64,000 nt of DNA from Calcarisporiella thermophila CBS 279.70 (lineage: Eukaryota; Fungi; Calcarisporiellomycota): the NCBI RefSeq assembly GCF_041956535.1, contig NW_027192206.1, positions 229,149 through 293,148 of the forward strand. Direction: 5' to 3'. Below, in pieces: positions 1 through 15,134 of this stretch. How positions within the stretch are numbered: the stretch's first letter is position 1; each line of letters begins with the position of its first letter. A program made the position numbers and the translations under genes. Below the pieces are notes generated by a model. The model made no database searches. It saw only the letters and a list, made by a program, of their open reading frames with translations, and was not told where the DNA came from.

Positions 1-1
1 T

Positions 2-729
2 GACTTGGATCCGTCCCTGGATGTCCATGTGATTAAGGTATCCTCCGCCCGCTCTATCCTCGAAAAGACTCTTTCCGTGGTTGGAGCTGTATTTAAAGTT
101 GGGTCAAGTGCTAATCTATCTCGTGTTTTTTATTTGTCTTGGAATAGACTTCGTTTGAAAAGAAGAATGTGCAGATCTCCTTTGTCGATTACCGTCGAGA
201 CGAAACGTCGGGGTATGTGCATCTACGCCTACCGATTGCTCGCGAAGTAGTCAAATGCTATGGCTCAAGTGGCATCCCCATCGGTCCAGATACCGTTCGT
301 ATCCGTGCACTGGGTCCTGAGGAGGAGGACATCTACTGGAAGGTATACCACGAATCACACCCGTCCCCTGCCATTGGCAAACGCAAGAACACGGGGGACG
401 CAGGCTCCAAACAGCACCGTCAGCCAAAAAAGGTGAACCACGGGCCGGAGACAACGGAGAAGGAGGGTGGTCATCCTGTGACGGGGAAGAAACGACGGAA
501 GGAAAAGAAAAATACGCAACGAGCCAGGAAAAAGGAGGGACGACTAGCACAACAGGTCGCCGATGAAGCTCAGGCTGCTGCGTTGGCATCCGGGTTGGAA
601 GGGTTGCAGTTGGAACAACCGGAGGTGGCAGATGGGGAAATAAAGGTAGATCTGGATGCCACTGACGAGGTCTTGCGCATGAATCTGGAGAGGGAGCCAG
701 AAGATGTAGAGCAGAACACGGTTGGCTAG
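2..729 (+). CDS. 3' end of a La/LARP7-family protein (C-terminal xRRM/RRM2 plus basic tail); 5'-truncated by the window
   Basis: Exon 2-37, intron 38-147 (GT..AG) and exon 148-729 give ...VQISFVDYRRDETSGYVHL...LGPEEEDIYWKV. This resembles the F/Y-VD-Y..G-YV and L-G-EE..YW-K motifs of La/LARP7 RRM2. A Lys/Arg-rich NLS-like tail follows. Confidence 0.55.
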
Positions 730-1248
730 GCCAATGAAGGATAGCCCTCGAGCATCTTATCTGTAGAAAAAAAAAATGGAGGAGGATGCATTCTCTTTTT
801 TGCTTGGGCGGGACGATGGTGTGCCCGTTTTATTGTACATAGTCCATTTTGCCATTTTATGTTATCCTTTTTATTATTCCCATGCTTTGTTTCTCGATTC
901 ATTAGTGTTCTTTAGAGCGGTTGGAATCGACTGTAATTTCATGCCTCTAGGGGAGCAGAACCCAACCAGCCCGTCTCTCTAATACTTTTTCCCTTCTTCT
1001 CACGTCAATCAATAAAAAAGATGCCGAAGCGCACGTCTTTATCTTGAGTTATCTCAACTACAAGCAGTTTTTTTTCTTTTCTAGTAAATTTTCAAAAGTA
1101 TAAACGATATTGCTATATATGTAAAAAAAACACAAGTGAAGAAATAAAAGAATCAATAGTCCACGGAACCAGCCTCAATATCACCATTAGATGGTTCCGA
1201 TCGCTGGTATGAGGAGTACAAATACTCCAGTTCAACAAATTAAACAGC

Positions 1249-2774
1249 TTAGTTGGGAAGGGGAAGGACGCCTGCAAGGCACATGGCATGATACAGGTCC
1301 TCGAGAAGGTCGTCTGCGTCCTCAATGCCCACGCACAACCGAATCAAATCTAGGAAATCAAATAGAAGTGGTTAATAACCTTCCGTCCCCAAAGGATGCT
1401 TGGGTAAAGAGGGGGGCGGGGACCATGGCCGCCTGCCACTATAGTTTACCTTCAGGGAATTCCCGCTCTGCCCTCACATGTGCAGGAATGCTTGCATGCG
1501 ACATGCGGCAGGGCATGCTGATCAATGAATTCACACACCCGAAACTGACGCTGATGCTCCACAGTTTAGTGCTCTCTACGATTTTCTCCGACAGGTGCAC
1601 GTCTCCCGTCTCAAAACTTAGAACCGCACCAGGGCCGGACGCCATCTTTTGATGGAGCGCATACTGGGGATGCGTCTTGCAGCCCGGATAGTGAACTTTG
1701 AAGCCATGCGCAACAAGGAACTCGGCAACCTGCTGGGCATTGGCCTGCTGTTTCTCCATACGGACGGCCAGCGTCTTGACGCCGCGCAGAAGGAGCCAAG
1801 AGTCGAAGGGATCCAGCCCACACCCAGTGGCATTAATCACGAAATATATTTTCTAGAGGAAAAGAGCAGTCGTTAGAAATCCACACTTTCCTGCTTGTGT
1901 TGAGGAAACCAAGAAGAGAAAGAAGAAGAGAGCTACCTCAGCCAGTGCTTCGTCTTTCACTCCAATGACGCCTGCCATCAGATCGTGATGCCCGCTCAGG
2001 TACTTCGTCCCACTGTGATAGGTGATGTCGGCGCCAAGCTCTAGTGGACGCTGCAAGTATGGCGACATCATCGTGTTGTCTACCACCACCAGCGCATCGG
2101 GACACCGTTCGTGGACCAATTGTGAGATGCGTGGGATGTCTGCGATTTTAATCAGTGGATTGGTCGGGGTTTCAAGCAATACAAGACGGGTTTTCTCAGA
2201 GAGATGCGGAAGGAGACTGTCAGGATTGGTTGTGTTGACGTGGTGGGTCTTGATCGAGCCGTGAGTCGAGAGGAAGGAGAGCAGACGATTGGTTCCTAGA
2301 AACATATGGGCATCATAACGGAAAGCTCAATGCTAATGCCAATGTGACAGGTGGAATGCCGTTGGCGACTTACCACCGTAGAGATCATCCCCGGCAATGA
2401 TTTCCTCGCCCGCCTTTACGAGGCGAGTAATTACATCCAGTGCACTCATGCCACTGCTGACGGCGTAGGCTTTTTTCGCTCCCATAATTTTGGCAAGATG
2501 ATTCTCTGCAAGGCAGTGGCAATTAGCGGAGAGGATCAACGCCAATCAATAGACTGCACTTACCGACGTGGGTGCGAGTGGGATTGCCGGACCGTGAGTA
2601 GTCATACTCCCCCATGTCATTCACCGACCGCTGCTTGAATGTCGCCGTGGCATAGATGGGCACAGAGGCGGGATTGTATTTGTCGTCAGTGGTGCTGTCG
2701 ACGGTGACAATCTCAGTGGCGGGGCGGTATTTGCGCCGACTGGTCGAGGGTAAGGGAACGGTCCAGTTGGTCAT
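1249..2774 (-). CDS. STR3: cystathionine beta-lyase (PLP-dependent Cys/Met metabolism family), multi-exon
   Basis: Motifs SVPIYATATFKQ, YDYSRSGNPTR, ETPTNP, DNTMMSP, HSGTKYLSGHHDLMAG, ISVSFGCVNSLISMPCRMSHASIP; last exon LIRLCVGIEDADDL. Confidence 0.9.
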
Positions 2775-3102
2775 GAGAATGGGGGATTTTTTTATTGATT
2801 TTATTTTAATCCTTTCCAAAAATTTTTGGGTTGGAGGCAAAAGAGACTGGGAAATAGGTGGGGCAAGGTCAAGTTTTGTTTTCGACGGTGTCATAATTTT
2901 TTCGAGATGCGTCACATACTGGCCTATCGATCTTTCACCATCTCCTTGTATCACTCCTATCATGGCAATATCCCAATTTGATGAAATTATTAGAGAAAAT
3001 AAATCAGGCGAAGGTGAGGGAAATCGAAACAATATATATATATGTGTAGATAGATAAAAATCCAACAAGAACAACCAACTCTAAAAGTGTATCCACCCCC
3101 CT

Positions 3103-4920
<1,818 letters not shown>

Positions 4921-4953
4921 TCTATTATGATTGAAATGCGAGCGAAGGATGTA

Positions 4954-4962
4954 TGTGGCAAA
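4954..4962 (+). promoter_or_regulatory. PACE-like (Rpn4-type) element in the RPT1/seipin bidirectional promoter
   Basis: TGTGGCAAA is 1 mismatch from the yeast PACE GGTGGCAAA and lies 34 bp upstream of the RPT1 ATG. Confidence 0.4.
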
Positions 4963-5106
4963 CACGCGTAATGTATTTGAAACGAATGCAATCGATTACG
5001 CACCTCTCTAATTGGGTCTGCCCAAGCCATAAGCAGTCACGGTGTCCTGAGATACCTTTTTCTCGTGAAAAAAAAAGGATTCTACCAAGAATTGAAATTC
5101 TAAACC

Positions 5107-6712
5107 ATGTCTGTGGAAAAAACAATAGTGGAGGTAAATAGCCACGATATGCGCGCAGAAATTGTAGATGTTGATTTCACACGTCTTTTTTTTCCAATCT
5201 TAGGCAACCTCGTTTTTTCTAGCGCCCTTTTTTGGCGCTGCCGCCACCATCCTTGAACCCATTGCAAATATACTGACATCGCCGCGTACACAACGCGTTG
5301 CTGTCAAGTCGTTTTTTATTACCCTCGGGGTGAGCTTCCTTATGGGCGTTGCTGTGCTCGCATATGGTGCATTCTGGTATATGTGGATTCCCCGTGTTGA
5401 GAACGTTGTGCCTATCTATCTACAATATGGGTAAAGAATTCCGCCTTGTCTATGCGATGAAAATGGTTTTAATCTGATTTTTTTTTAAAAATAGAAGAGA
5501 TACAAATCCCTCAGCCATCATCGATTTTGCCGCTATTGGGCTCCCGTCGCCGGTATATTGGGCCTCTACTCGTATTTACACGAATTGATCACCCTGATTT
5601 GCCTCTCTCTATTAGTTCTTGACTGCCGACCTCGCGTACGATGTGTCCGTCGAGCTCCATGTTCCAGTGTCGGAGCGTAATGTGGAGATTGGCAATTTTA
5701 TGGTCAATTTGGAGCTACAGGGGGAGAATGGCAAGGTTGTGCATTCGTCAAGCAGGCCGGTCAGTAGAGCCTAGATGTGCCATCTCTTTGTAGTGGCCCA
5801 GAGAATTAACCTGTGCAAGTTTCTAGACTATTCTTAAGTACGACTCTCCCGTGCTCCGCCTCATGAAAACCTTCTGGCGTGCTCTCCCACTCCTACTTGA
5901 TTTTGCCGACGAATCCCAGCATCTCCAGGTGCCCCTTCTCGAGAACGTCGTCGAGTCTTACCGCGATCGCGTCACTCGTGCGCGCATCTCTATCTCGGAC
6001 TCGCGGCTTATGGTGTATTCGGCACGCCTGCGTCTTGACGCGCGATTCCGCGGTCTTCGCTACTTCATGTACTACTGGCCAATCACCACGGCCGTGGTGT
6101 TTGTGTGCATATTCCTGTTTTGGGAGCTAGTGTTTGGCGTGATAGCCTGGAGGTCGCTGGTGACGTGGTGGCGTAATAGACACGAAGGCACTAGCAGCAC
6201 GACGGGGAGTTTATCGGGAGCCGGAGGGGCCGGCTACTCGCCCTCAAATGCAAAAGCTTGGAGAGATAGGGACCGAGTAAGTCGATTTACAACCCAATAC
6301 AAATTTGTGCCATTGCCTCTAGTTTAATGCTTGGCTAATGACACTCGATTCTGCTTTACAACGAATGCATTAGCTCTCGAGACAAGCTTCGCGGCCTGAA
6401 ACAAGCGCCTCACCACTTCCTCTTGTCGAGTCTCCGATTACGCCGAAGCGGGAAGCGGAGCTGCCCTATCCCGAGGTGGAGGAGGGCGGTGAGGAAGACA
6501 CCGAGCGGGGTGACTATGAAGTTCCCGAGCTAAGCTTTGATGACCGAGTGCTAGAGCATGAAGAGAATGGGGAAAGGGATGAGGGCCGTGAGACGGAAGA
6601 TACCGCCGCGGCCACCTATGGTGGGGATAGTGAGGCTTCGTCCGCGGTCGTCACGCCCACGCAACCAGCATGGAGAAGAGGTCGGTCCTCCGACTACAGT
6701 TCCACGGAGTAA
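5107..6712 (+). CDS. seipin (lipid-droplet biogenesis; BSCL2/Sei1 family), multi-exon
   Basis: N-terminal TM (..LAYGAFWYMWIP), YDVSVELHVPVSERNVEIGNFMVNL, SSRPTILKYDSP, ARFRGLRYFMYYWP plus second TM, acidic C-tail. Confidence 0.88.
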
Positions 6713-6930
6713 AGCCTCCCCCTCCACGTGTGTAATCACCATGTTGTTAGATACCTTTATGCTTTCATCAGTTTGGGTCTGGTTCTGTAGTGGGTTATCG
6801 GATATGCTTATTAGGTTTTATAGTCAATGCTCTGACGTTTTTTTTTTACCAAAAGTTAACACATTTTCAAACACAAAAATTAGCCCTAATAATAATCAAT
6901 ATTTTGCTCTGCATGTTGAAATACAATGGT

Positions 6931-7814
6931 CTACAGTTTTGCCTGCTCTTCTGGCTCGAGATGGAGAAGCGCCTCCCAATACATATTCTGCTTGATGCTT
7001 CCATACACAGGCGACTTCGCCTTTGGCGCCCATTTCTGCGCAAGAGCCAATCCTTTGTTCAGCAGCTCGTCCTCCGTCCCGACTTCATCGACTAGGCCGC
7101 TCTGTAATGCGACGTCTGCGGGGTACCGCTTCGCCTGTAGACACACGTCGCGATACACCTGCGGGGTAGTTTTCACCCGGACCACCGCCGCCAGCCCGGG
7201 AATGAGTGGGAGAGAAATGTCGAGCTCGTTCATGCACATAAAACCCCTATCTTTTCGCATGACGCGATAGTCTTGTTTGTTTTTTAAAAAATAAGAATAA
7301 AAGGAATAAGCCCGTTAACTCTAATATACGAAGTGATGCTGAAATGGAAGCAGCTGAAATACCATGAGCAAGAGCGAGTAGACAGCCACCGGCGAAAGTG
7401 TGACTACACGAGAATAATATCCAATCTTGGTTACTTAATTCGGAGCATTCTTTTTGTTTGATTTCCTTACCCGTTCAAGACCGCGATCGTTGGAATGGGG
7501 AATATCAACATCCGTCTGAGGAGCTTGTAGAACACGGTTTGTACGAAGTTCGGGACCTCGAACACGGACATGTCCAATCCATTCGAGTAGAATTTCCCCT
7601 CGCCCGTGGTCACCAGCGCCATTTCACATGGGCCCTCATTTTCGTACGCATCCTCGACCACCTGGAGACATTGATGGATGCCTTTGATGAATGCATCGGA
7701 GAGTCGATTCTCATTGTTGCGCATACGAAGAAGGAATATCGGACCGCGCCGCGTGAGCGTCATGTGGGGGGTTGCGTCCGATGGATAGCTGAGGAGATGT
7801 TTTTCTTCTTGCAT
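6931..7814 (-). CDS. peroxisomal enoyl-CoA delta isomerase (crotonase family)
   Basis: ENRLS, LVTTGEGKFYSNGLD, PTIAVLNGHTFAGG..LAHDYRVMRKDRGFMCMNELD; C-terminal PTS1 -AKL*. Confidence 0.88.
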
Positions 7815-8211
7815 TTTGACAGTGGAGAGCCTCGAGTTCTGGTAAAGCGAAATAGCGGTGGTTTTATGGACTTGAAGCATTAAAACATGTGATACTGAGA
7901 TGAATTCAAACCCAGAGGGATTTTCACATGTAGAACCTTTAGCGTCTTCATCCCTCGCTCTTTCCATCCTCTGACTAAGTGACCGGTAAGAATTAGCCCC
8001 CCCCCCCCCATCGTGACGACGTATCCATTGCCATTAGATTATTATTCACAAAAGAAAGAAAACACAAGATTATGCAACTGAAACGAAAAAGGATAAAAAA
8101 ACCGAATAAAATCAACTTGCTAAAGATCTGAAAATTCTATAGATTTTTTTTTGGAGGGAATGGGAGGGAGGAGAGAGAAGAGAACCCCTCCCCCCCCCAT
8201 TGTCTAGCCCT

Positions 8212-9605
8212 CTAGAAACCTCGGAAACCCTCGCCGCTCGCCATTTTCGCCGCACCCCACTTCTTCAGTCGAATGCTCTGAATTCGAATAAAGCCCTCTG
8301 AATCTTGCGGGGTGAATCCACCTTGCACATCCATCGAGCTCTCCTCCATGTCATACAGATGCTCGGTCTGCGAGCTCCTTCCTTCGACAACCACGTTTCC
8401 TTTGTAGAGTTTCAGGCGCACCTCTCCATTCACGTGCTTCTGTGAAGCCTTGAGGGTGGCGCTGAGAACATCCCGCTCCGGAGAGAACCAGTATCCGTTG
8501 TAGAGCAGTTGCGAAAACTCGGGGGTGACGGCTGTGTCTCGGACATACCGGACTTGACGGTCCAGGGTCAGCCCTTCGAGGTCCACATGGGCGACGCGCA
8601 AGATGGTTCCGCCGGGAGTTTCGTAACATCCTCGGGATTTAATGCCGATGTACCGGTTCTCGACAATGTCAATCCTGCCAATTCCATTGCGGCGAGCGAG
8701 AGTGTTGAGGTAGATGAAGAGTTCGAGGGGATCGGTCTTTGTCGTGCCGTCTTCGTGCACCACCCGGACGGGGCGGCCGGCCTCAAAATGGATGGTAATA
8801 CGTTCAGGCGTATTGGGCGCATCCTCCGGGTCCACCGTGAGTTTCCACATGTCTTTCGGGGGAGTGACGTTGGGGTCCTCGAGAATGCCGGCCTCGTACG
8901 AGATGTGGAAGAGATTTTCATCGGTCGACCACGGCTTTGCGGCAGTTTGCACCACGGGGATATTTTTCTCGGCAGCATAGGCAAGCAGGTCCTTCCGACC
9001 AGGGAAGCGCTCGTAGAATTCTAAAAGCGAACAAAAGAGCAGATTCCACTGAGTATGGGACGATACGCTCAGACAATGGGATCATCATACGTACCAGGCA
9101 TCCTCCACGGAGCAATCACCTTGATGTTTGGGTTGAGTGCATAAAAGCTTAGCTCAAACCGCACTTGGTCATTGCCCTTACCCGTGCATCCATGTGACAC
9201 GTAGTCGCACCCCTCCCTCGCGGCAATCTCGATTTGCCTACGCGCAATGACTGGGCGGGCCAGCGACGTGCCAAGGAGGTACACGTTCTCGTAGATAGCA
9301 TTGGCTTGTACTGCAGGGAAGATGAGCTCCTCGACAAATTCCCGACGGAGATCCTACAACAAGGGAGGACAGGGAATGTCAGCCATCAAGGAAAGGAGGT
9401 GGCAAGGACAATACACGCTTACCTCAATAAAGACTTTGCTTGCCCCTACGCCGAGGGCCTTTTTGCGAGCCGCCTCGAAGTCTTCCTCCTGGCCAACATC
9501 GGCCATGTAGGCCATGACTTCATAGCCCTGCTCAAGTAACCATGCGAGGATGCATGAGGTGTCAAGGCCGCCCGAATAAGCTAATAAAACTTTGCCTTTT
9601 GCCAT
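8212..9605 (-). CDS. ARG1: argininosuccinate synthase
   Basis: [68 protein letters not shown]; 3 introns. Confidence 0.97.
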
Positions 9606-10473
9606 GGTGGGTGTGTGGAGACTGGAGAGAGACGAGGTTGGAAAAGAAGAGAGAAGAGAGGTAGAGTAGGGAGAAGAAGACGAGGAGGCCTCCTCGGTTT
9701 TTTATACGGACGATAAGATATGCATTTGACAGGCATGAATTTGAAATGAATCATAATTCGATAGTCGAATTGGATCTCGCGGCCGGGTGGTACGAATACA
9801 AGTTAGAGTGAGAAAGAGCGGAAAGGCAATTGCAAGGTTCCCCCGTAAAAGAGTGGGGAGGGTGTGAGCCAATTTCCTCGCCCGCCACCCTCTGGTGTCC
9901 GGCCGGTTGTCCGCGCTGGGTTTTGCAGCCACCGTGGGAGACTGGTCGAGCCGCGCAGCCGTGGGAGAGGCCGCCCGACCCAGCCCCCGCCCTCTTCATA
10001 TTCCCTTAATCTCCCTGTGTCTCAGAGCTGGGCCGGCCGGTGGGGTCCAGACTCTGTCTCTCTTCTCAATTAAGCTTTTCCGCGTCCTCAAGGCTGACAC
10101 CCGCCTTGCATACCGATCCTGGCCTGTCGGATATCTGGATAGCAGGGATATCCTGAAGTTTAGGTTATTTTTTCCCTTGCTCCATTTTTATTCTCTTAGC
10201 TTTTTAGGCCCTTCACTAAAAAATACGTCCGAATTGGTTAAATCCCTCAGCGGATTCCTCCTCCCCTAGTGCTCATTTGGTGACACTCTTCCACGAGCCT
10301 CTCCCAACATCTCGCTTGGCCTACCTTCGCTACCTTCTCACCCAGGAGATCATCCCTCTTCTCCTGCCTCCTGTTCCTTAGCATAAATATATCCTTATAC
10401 TCCCTTTCCTCTTCTTCCCACCCCCCCACCCCCATCCTCACCACCTCCCGCCATTTACATATGTGCTTTGTGC

Positions 10474-12137
10474 ATGGCACATCCTCATAATCCTCTTAGC
10501 AATGGCCTACATGGCATGCCTGCAACTAATAGCGTTGTCAGCGGCCGCTATCGTCTGGGAAAGAAGATTGGAGAGGGGAGCTTTGGAGTGTTGTATCAAG
10601 GTAGGGCCGCTTTCGAATCATGCTCTTACTAATCACTTGCATCTGACATTCACTTACACGGTTTGCCTTTCATCTCGTTTGTTATTAGCCATCAGCCTGC
10701 AGACTGGTGAAGAACTGGCGGTCAAGCTAGAGCCGATTAATGCCAAACATCTCCAGCTTGAATACGAGGCTAAAGTATATCGCGTACTGGCTGGTGGAGT
10801 GGGCATCCCAAACATGAGATGGTTCACCATTGAGCGCGACTACTACTGTATGGGAATGGATCTACTTGGGCCATCGCTGGAGGATCTGTTCAACTTTTGC
10901 GGACGAAAATTTATTTTGAAGACGGTGTTGATGTTGGCTGAACAACTGGTAAGTCCTGGCATACCCTCGTTGCTATCAAGAATGGATTTATTCACGGAAT
11001 GTTCTCCCCCCCCCCCCTTCCCCATCCTGAAGATTACGAGGGTCGAATACCTACACTCGAAGAATTTCCTGCATCGAGACATCAAACCAGATAACTTTTT
11101 GATGGGCTTGGGCCGGAATAGTAATATGGTTCATATCATCGATTTCGGCCTGGCAAAACGGTACCGCGACCCAAAATCCGGTCTCCACATCCCTTACAAG
11201 GAGAATAAAAATCTGACTGGAACTGCCCGTTATGCCAGCATCAATACACATCTTGGAATAGGTATTGCCACACGCCCTCTGGCTCACTCTCCATCGTGTG
11301 TTAACCCGTGTTTTGTTCCTCTGCTTTACAGAACAGGCGCGTCGAGACGACATGGAGTCCCTTGGATATGTCTTGATGTATTTCCTACGCGGCTCGCTCC
11401 CCTGGCAAGGGCTCAAGGCCAATACAAAGAAACAAAAATACGACCGTATCATGGAGAAGAAGATGACCACTCCAACGGAAGTCCTCTGCCGGGGCTTCCC
11501 TGCCGAGTTTGCGATTTATCACAACTACGTCCGCTCTCTGCGGTTTGACGACAAGCCCGACTACAGCTACCTGCGAAAACTGTTTCGCGATCTCTTTGTG
11601 AGGGAGGGCTTCCAATACGACTTTGTGTTTGACTGGACGATAATGAAGATGGTAAGTGGGCTCTGCATGTCATCTTGAGCCTACCACAACCCGCTCTCAA
11701 CCCTCGTTTGTATTGTTGTGATGTTACAGGAAAAGCAGGCCAAATCCGGGCACCACCTAGCCACACTCGAGTCGCGTGATCTAATGGAGTTGGAGGCGCA
11801 ACGGGCATTGAATCTCTCCCGACAAGTCAACCCCCCCACTAGCCGCGCCGTCCTCAAGCCCCAGCCCCACGCTCCGGGGGTCTCCTCTGCTGTGTGGTCT
11901 CCACTGCGATCCCCGGCTCCACAAGCTGCCGTCGGTGACCCTTCTCGCCGCAAACCCCATGAGTTGATGATGGCTGCGGCTCCAGATCCGCGCTATCTCC
12001 CCAATTGGGCCGCGGATGTGGGGGACGGTGGGGTGCGCGTCGAGCATGTTCGTACCCCTGGATACGACATCGCCGGGCACTACCACCAAGGTTTGAAGGA
12101 TACGGTCTACAGCAAGCAATGGTATCGAAACATGTAA
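10474..12137 (+). CDS. casein kinase I (Hrr25/Hhp1, CK1-delta-like), multi-exon
   Basis: [67 protein letters not shown]; no C-terminal CC palmitoylation motif. Confidence 0.93.
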
Positions 12138-13204
12138 TCGAATACGAGGATCGCCCGAGGTGAGAGGCGGGATGCTTATGTCATTCAGAAGAAGGGGGAG
12201 AGGATGCATTCATGGAGTTTTCTCTCTCGCTCCAACCCTTATTTTTTTCTACCATGATTTTTCTTACTTGCACAAAGGGGCTCACTTTGTTTGTTATTTC
12301 AAGGTTTTTTTTTTTGTAATATATATTTCTTTTCTTTTCTATTTTTCTGAAGTTACAACAGTATTTTCTTCTCTATCCCGTTTCATCCAAACGCCACTCC
12401 ACCGAGGGCTTTTTTTCTTTCTCCACCTCTTTTCTTTTATTTTCTTTATGATCTGTGTTATGAATATCCTCGTCATCCTATTTCTTCGTACATGGATTGC
12501 CATTGTATTGTGAAAGTGCCCATGAATCATGGAAGAGGGAGAGCCCACTGTATTATAATAAGAAGCAGTCTCTAGCCTAATTTTGGATCGCTTCAAGGTA
12601 AACCGGTGGTCTGATCACATGGGTGAGCCACACCAAGAAGCGCCGCTGACTTTAGATCTTGGTCGTTGCCCGCTTCAGACATTCCGAGGCTTATTCATAC
12701 CGAGTCAAAACTACATCTAAAATTCTAGCTATCTAGGGGGACCGTCATTCCTTGGCCCGACCTTGCAGCGAGTTATTTCGCCCCAACAAATACATTCTCG
12801 AGATTTGAGATGGCTTTCAGACCTCCTTGTTCCCTCCCCGAACAGAAGAACATCCATCCACTTGCACGCACTAAAAGTCAACCATTAATGATGCCGCATC
12901 CGACTATGATCGGATTGCTTTGCTTGTGTTGTCCTCCTCTCTCTCTGGAATTGATTAGAAATAGGCTTCTCTTTGAGATTTGTCGCAAATTGAACGTGGC
13001 CACCTAATCACAGCCATTTTGCTAATGGAGATCTGCTTGTAACACCATGAGGTGAGGCTTTGAAACCCAGCAGCTTACACGGAATTGTTTTACCAAAGAA
13101 AGAGGGGAAAGAACAAAAAGAGCTCGACTGCTTCTCTCACCGCCAGAGGGGTGAAGAAAACAATCCGTGCCGAGTCCCAGCGACCCATTAGCATCGCCCA
13201 TCCA

Positions 13205-14771
13205 ATGCAGCTGAAGAAGGTAAATGATGCATAGTCATGCCTTTGTCTCCGCCTCCATTGCTAAGCATCTTGCATTGCTAGCTGGTGCCGCATTCTGGGT
13301 ATGCCCGCATTACCCTTGCGTTGGTGGTCTTGCAGGCAATCATTGTCATTATCCTCGAATCCCTTATCTTTTCGGAGTACAGCAGCTACTTTTATAAAAA
13401 GGGCATGTAGGTGACTTGCTTGTGCATATCTTTCTCATCACCTCTGCATCTAAATGGGGCTTGTGCGTGTAGAAATCTAGCTGAGGAGAGAGGTAGAGGA
13501 ATTCCAATATACCTAATTATCTTTTCGTTTTCCCAAGTGTTCCAAGTGGTGCTCATCTGGGATGCGTAAGCATATCTCTGCTCCATTCTTGATTTTTTTG
13601 GTCATCTTAGTCTTCATTCACATTCAAATAGAATCACGCATCAGAATACTATCCAGCTAATCGGATTCGGGATAAGCAATTTATGCTGTTGTGTTTTCTC
13701 CGTGTTTCAAGTGTTCCAGATCAAGTTGTCGCTCAACGATGCCTCTGGGAAAGAAATATCGGATGCTACGCTTGTATTCGAAAGCATCAAGATGAAATTA
13801 ATTGGCGTGACAATTGTAACGGGCGCAACTGAGCTCCTCTGCCTCTACCTCGGGTTCAAACTGTATAAAGAGTTCGGGTAACTATTTTGCATATAATCGG
13901 AATTTTTCTTTAGATGCCTATTTTGACTCTCTTTCCCTCTTGCCACTAGTTGGCAGATATATAAAAAGATCGGAGCCGATCCGCATATGAAGAGTAAGGC
14001 TCTCGCTCTCTCGAACAGGATAGGAGGTGAAGGGAACAGAATAGCTAACTCAACTCTTTCCAACAGACATCTATAGGACCTATCAGATCTTCATCCTGTT
14101 TATCAAACTCGATTTCTTCTTTTTCCTTGGCTTCACCCTGCAATTTCTCGTCCTAGTTCTCCATGAGGGGGATATCGAATATCCTCTGACCATCATACTT
14201 ATCCCACTGACCCTTATTATCCTATTTATTGCGGTGTGGAGCGTGAGTAGCTTGAGCCTATCTCTTTCAATACACTTCATTCGTAGTGTTGACGGCATCT
14301 TATTGGGGCCCCGCTTTCTTAGGTTCGCCATGAATCCCGAACGATGATGGTGGTCTTCTTGGTGACCTTGGCTTGTGGCTTCGCCTATTTTGGATTTAAA
14401 ATCGTGCGAATGTACATGCCTGATCAGAAGAAAAAATACCAGTATACCCACATGTTCTTGACCTCTTTCGGTAAGCGGTGTTTTACTACATCGTTGCGCG
14501 TAGATATCAGGGCTCACCCTCTCCTCTCCATAGCGGCCATATCCCTGGCGGCATTGATTGCGACCTTCCTGAACGCGGTGCTTTGCTGGCGAAATTTCGG
14601 AAAGGGCCTGAAGCAACACCGTGAGTCTTATGCGGTTGACCACAAATCGAATAAAAGAGCGGGAAACTAACGCCAGTTTTTTATTGTGCTTGGATAGTTC
14701 TTCACACCTCGGGTGCCGTGGTTACGGAAACAAATATCTCCCCCTACCAGCGAACCATGGTGATTGAGTGA
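13205..14771 (+). CDS. multi-pass membrane protein, UPF0658 Golgi-membrane-like family (start approximate)
   Basis: Spliced exons give GIPIYLIIF..WDA, NTIQLIG, LYKEFGWQIYKKIGAD, YQIFILFIKLDFFFFLGFTLQFL, CWRNFGKGLK. Confidence 0.7.
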
Positions 14772-15134
14772 AGATCCACTCACCTAGGATTTATTTATCC
14801 CATCTATACACCATTCTATGCTTGCGCGCGCTTATCGTATGGCTGTTCCTGTATTCTGAAGTTTGTCTCGATCATCTATATATATATATGGCCTATATTT
14901 TTTTGTGGTTTATTTTCTCCCTTCTTCTTAACTATTTCGAATGTACATAGATACGCCTTACTTCACAGTATCGCCTTTATTAAAGAGGAATAATTTTTAA
15001 CACATTTTGTCACATTCTACTGCAGAAGAGAAAAAAGCATTCCAAAATATGAACGCAAATATATATATATAAAAACAGGGGGAAGAGAGGGCGAGAAAAA
15101 ATTGGGGGGAAGGAAATTAGGGTCGAGCGGTAAA

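Noticed and set aside
38-147. Donor GTATCCTC (also GTATCCTA at ~44023) resembling a U12-type 5' splice site
   Set aside because: It lacks the full GTATCCTT, and the branch sites are U2-like (GCTAAT, TCTAAC) rather than TCCTTAAC.
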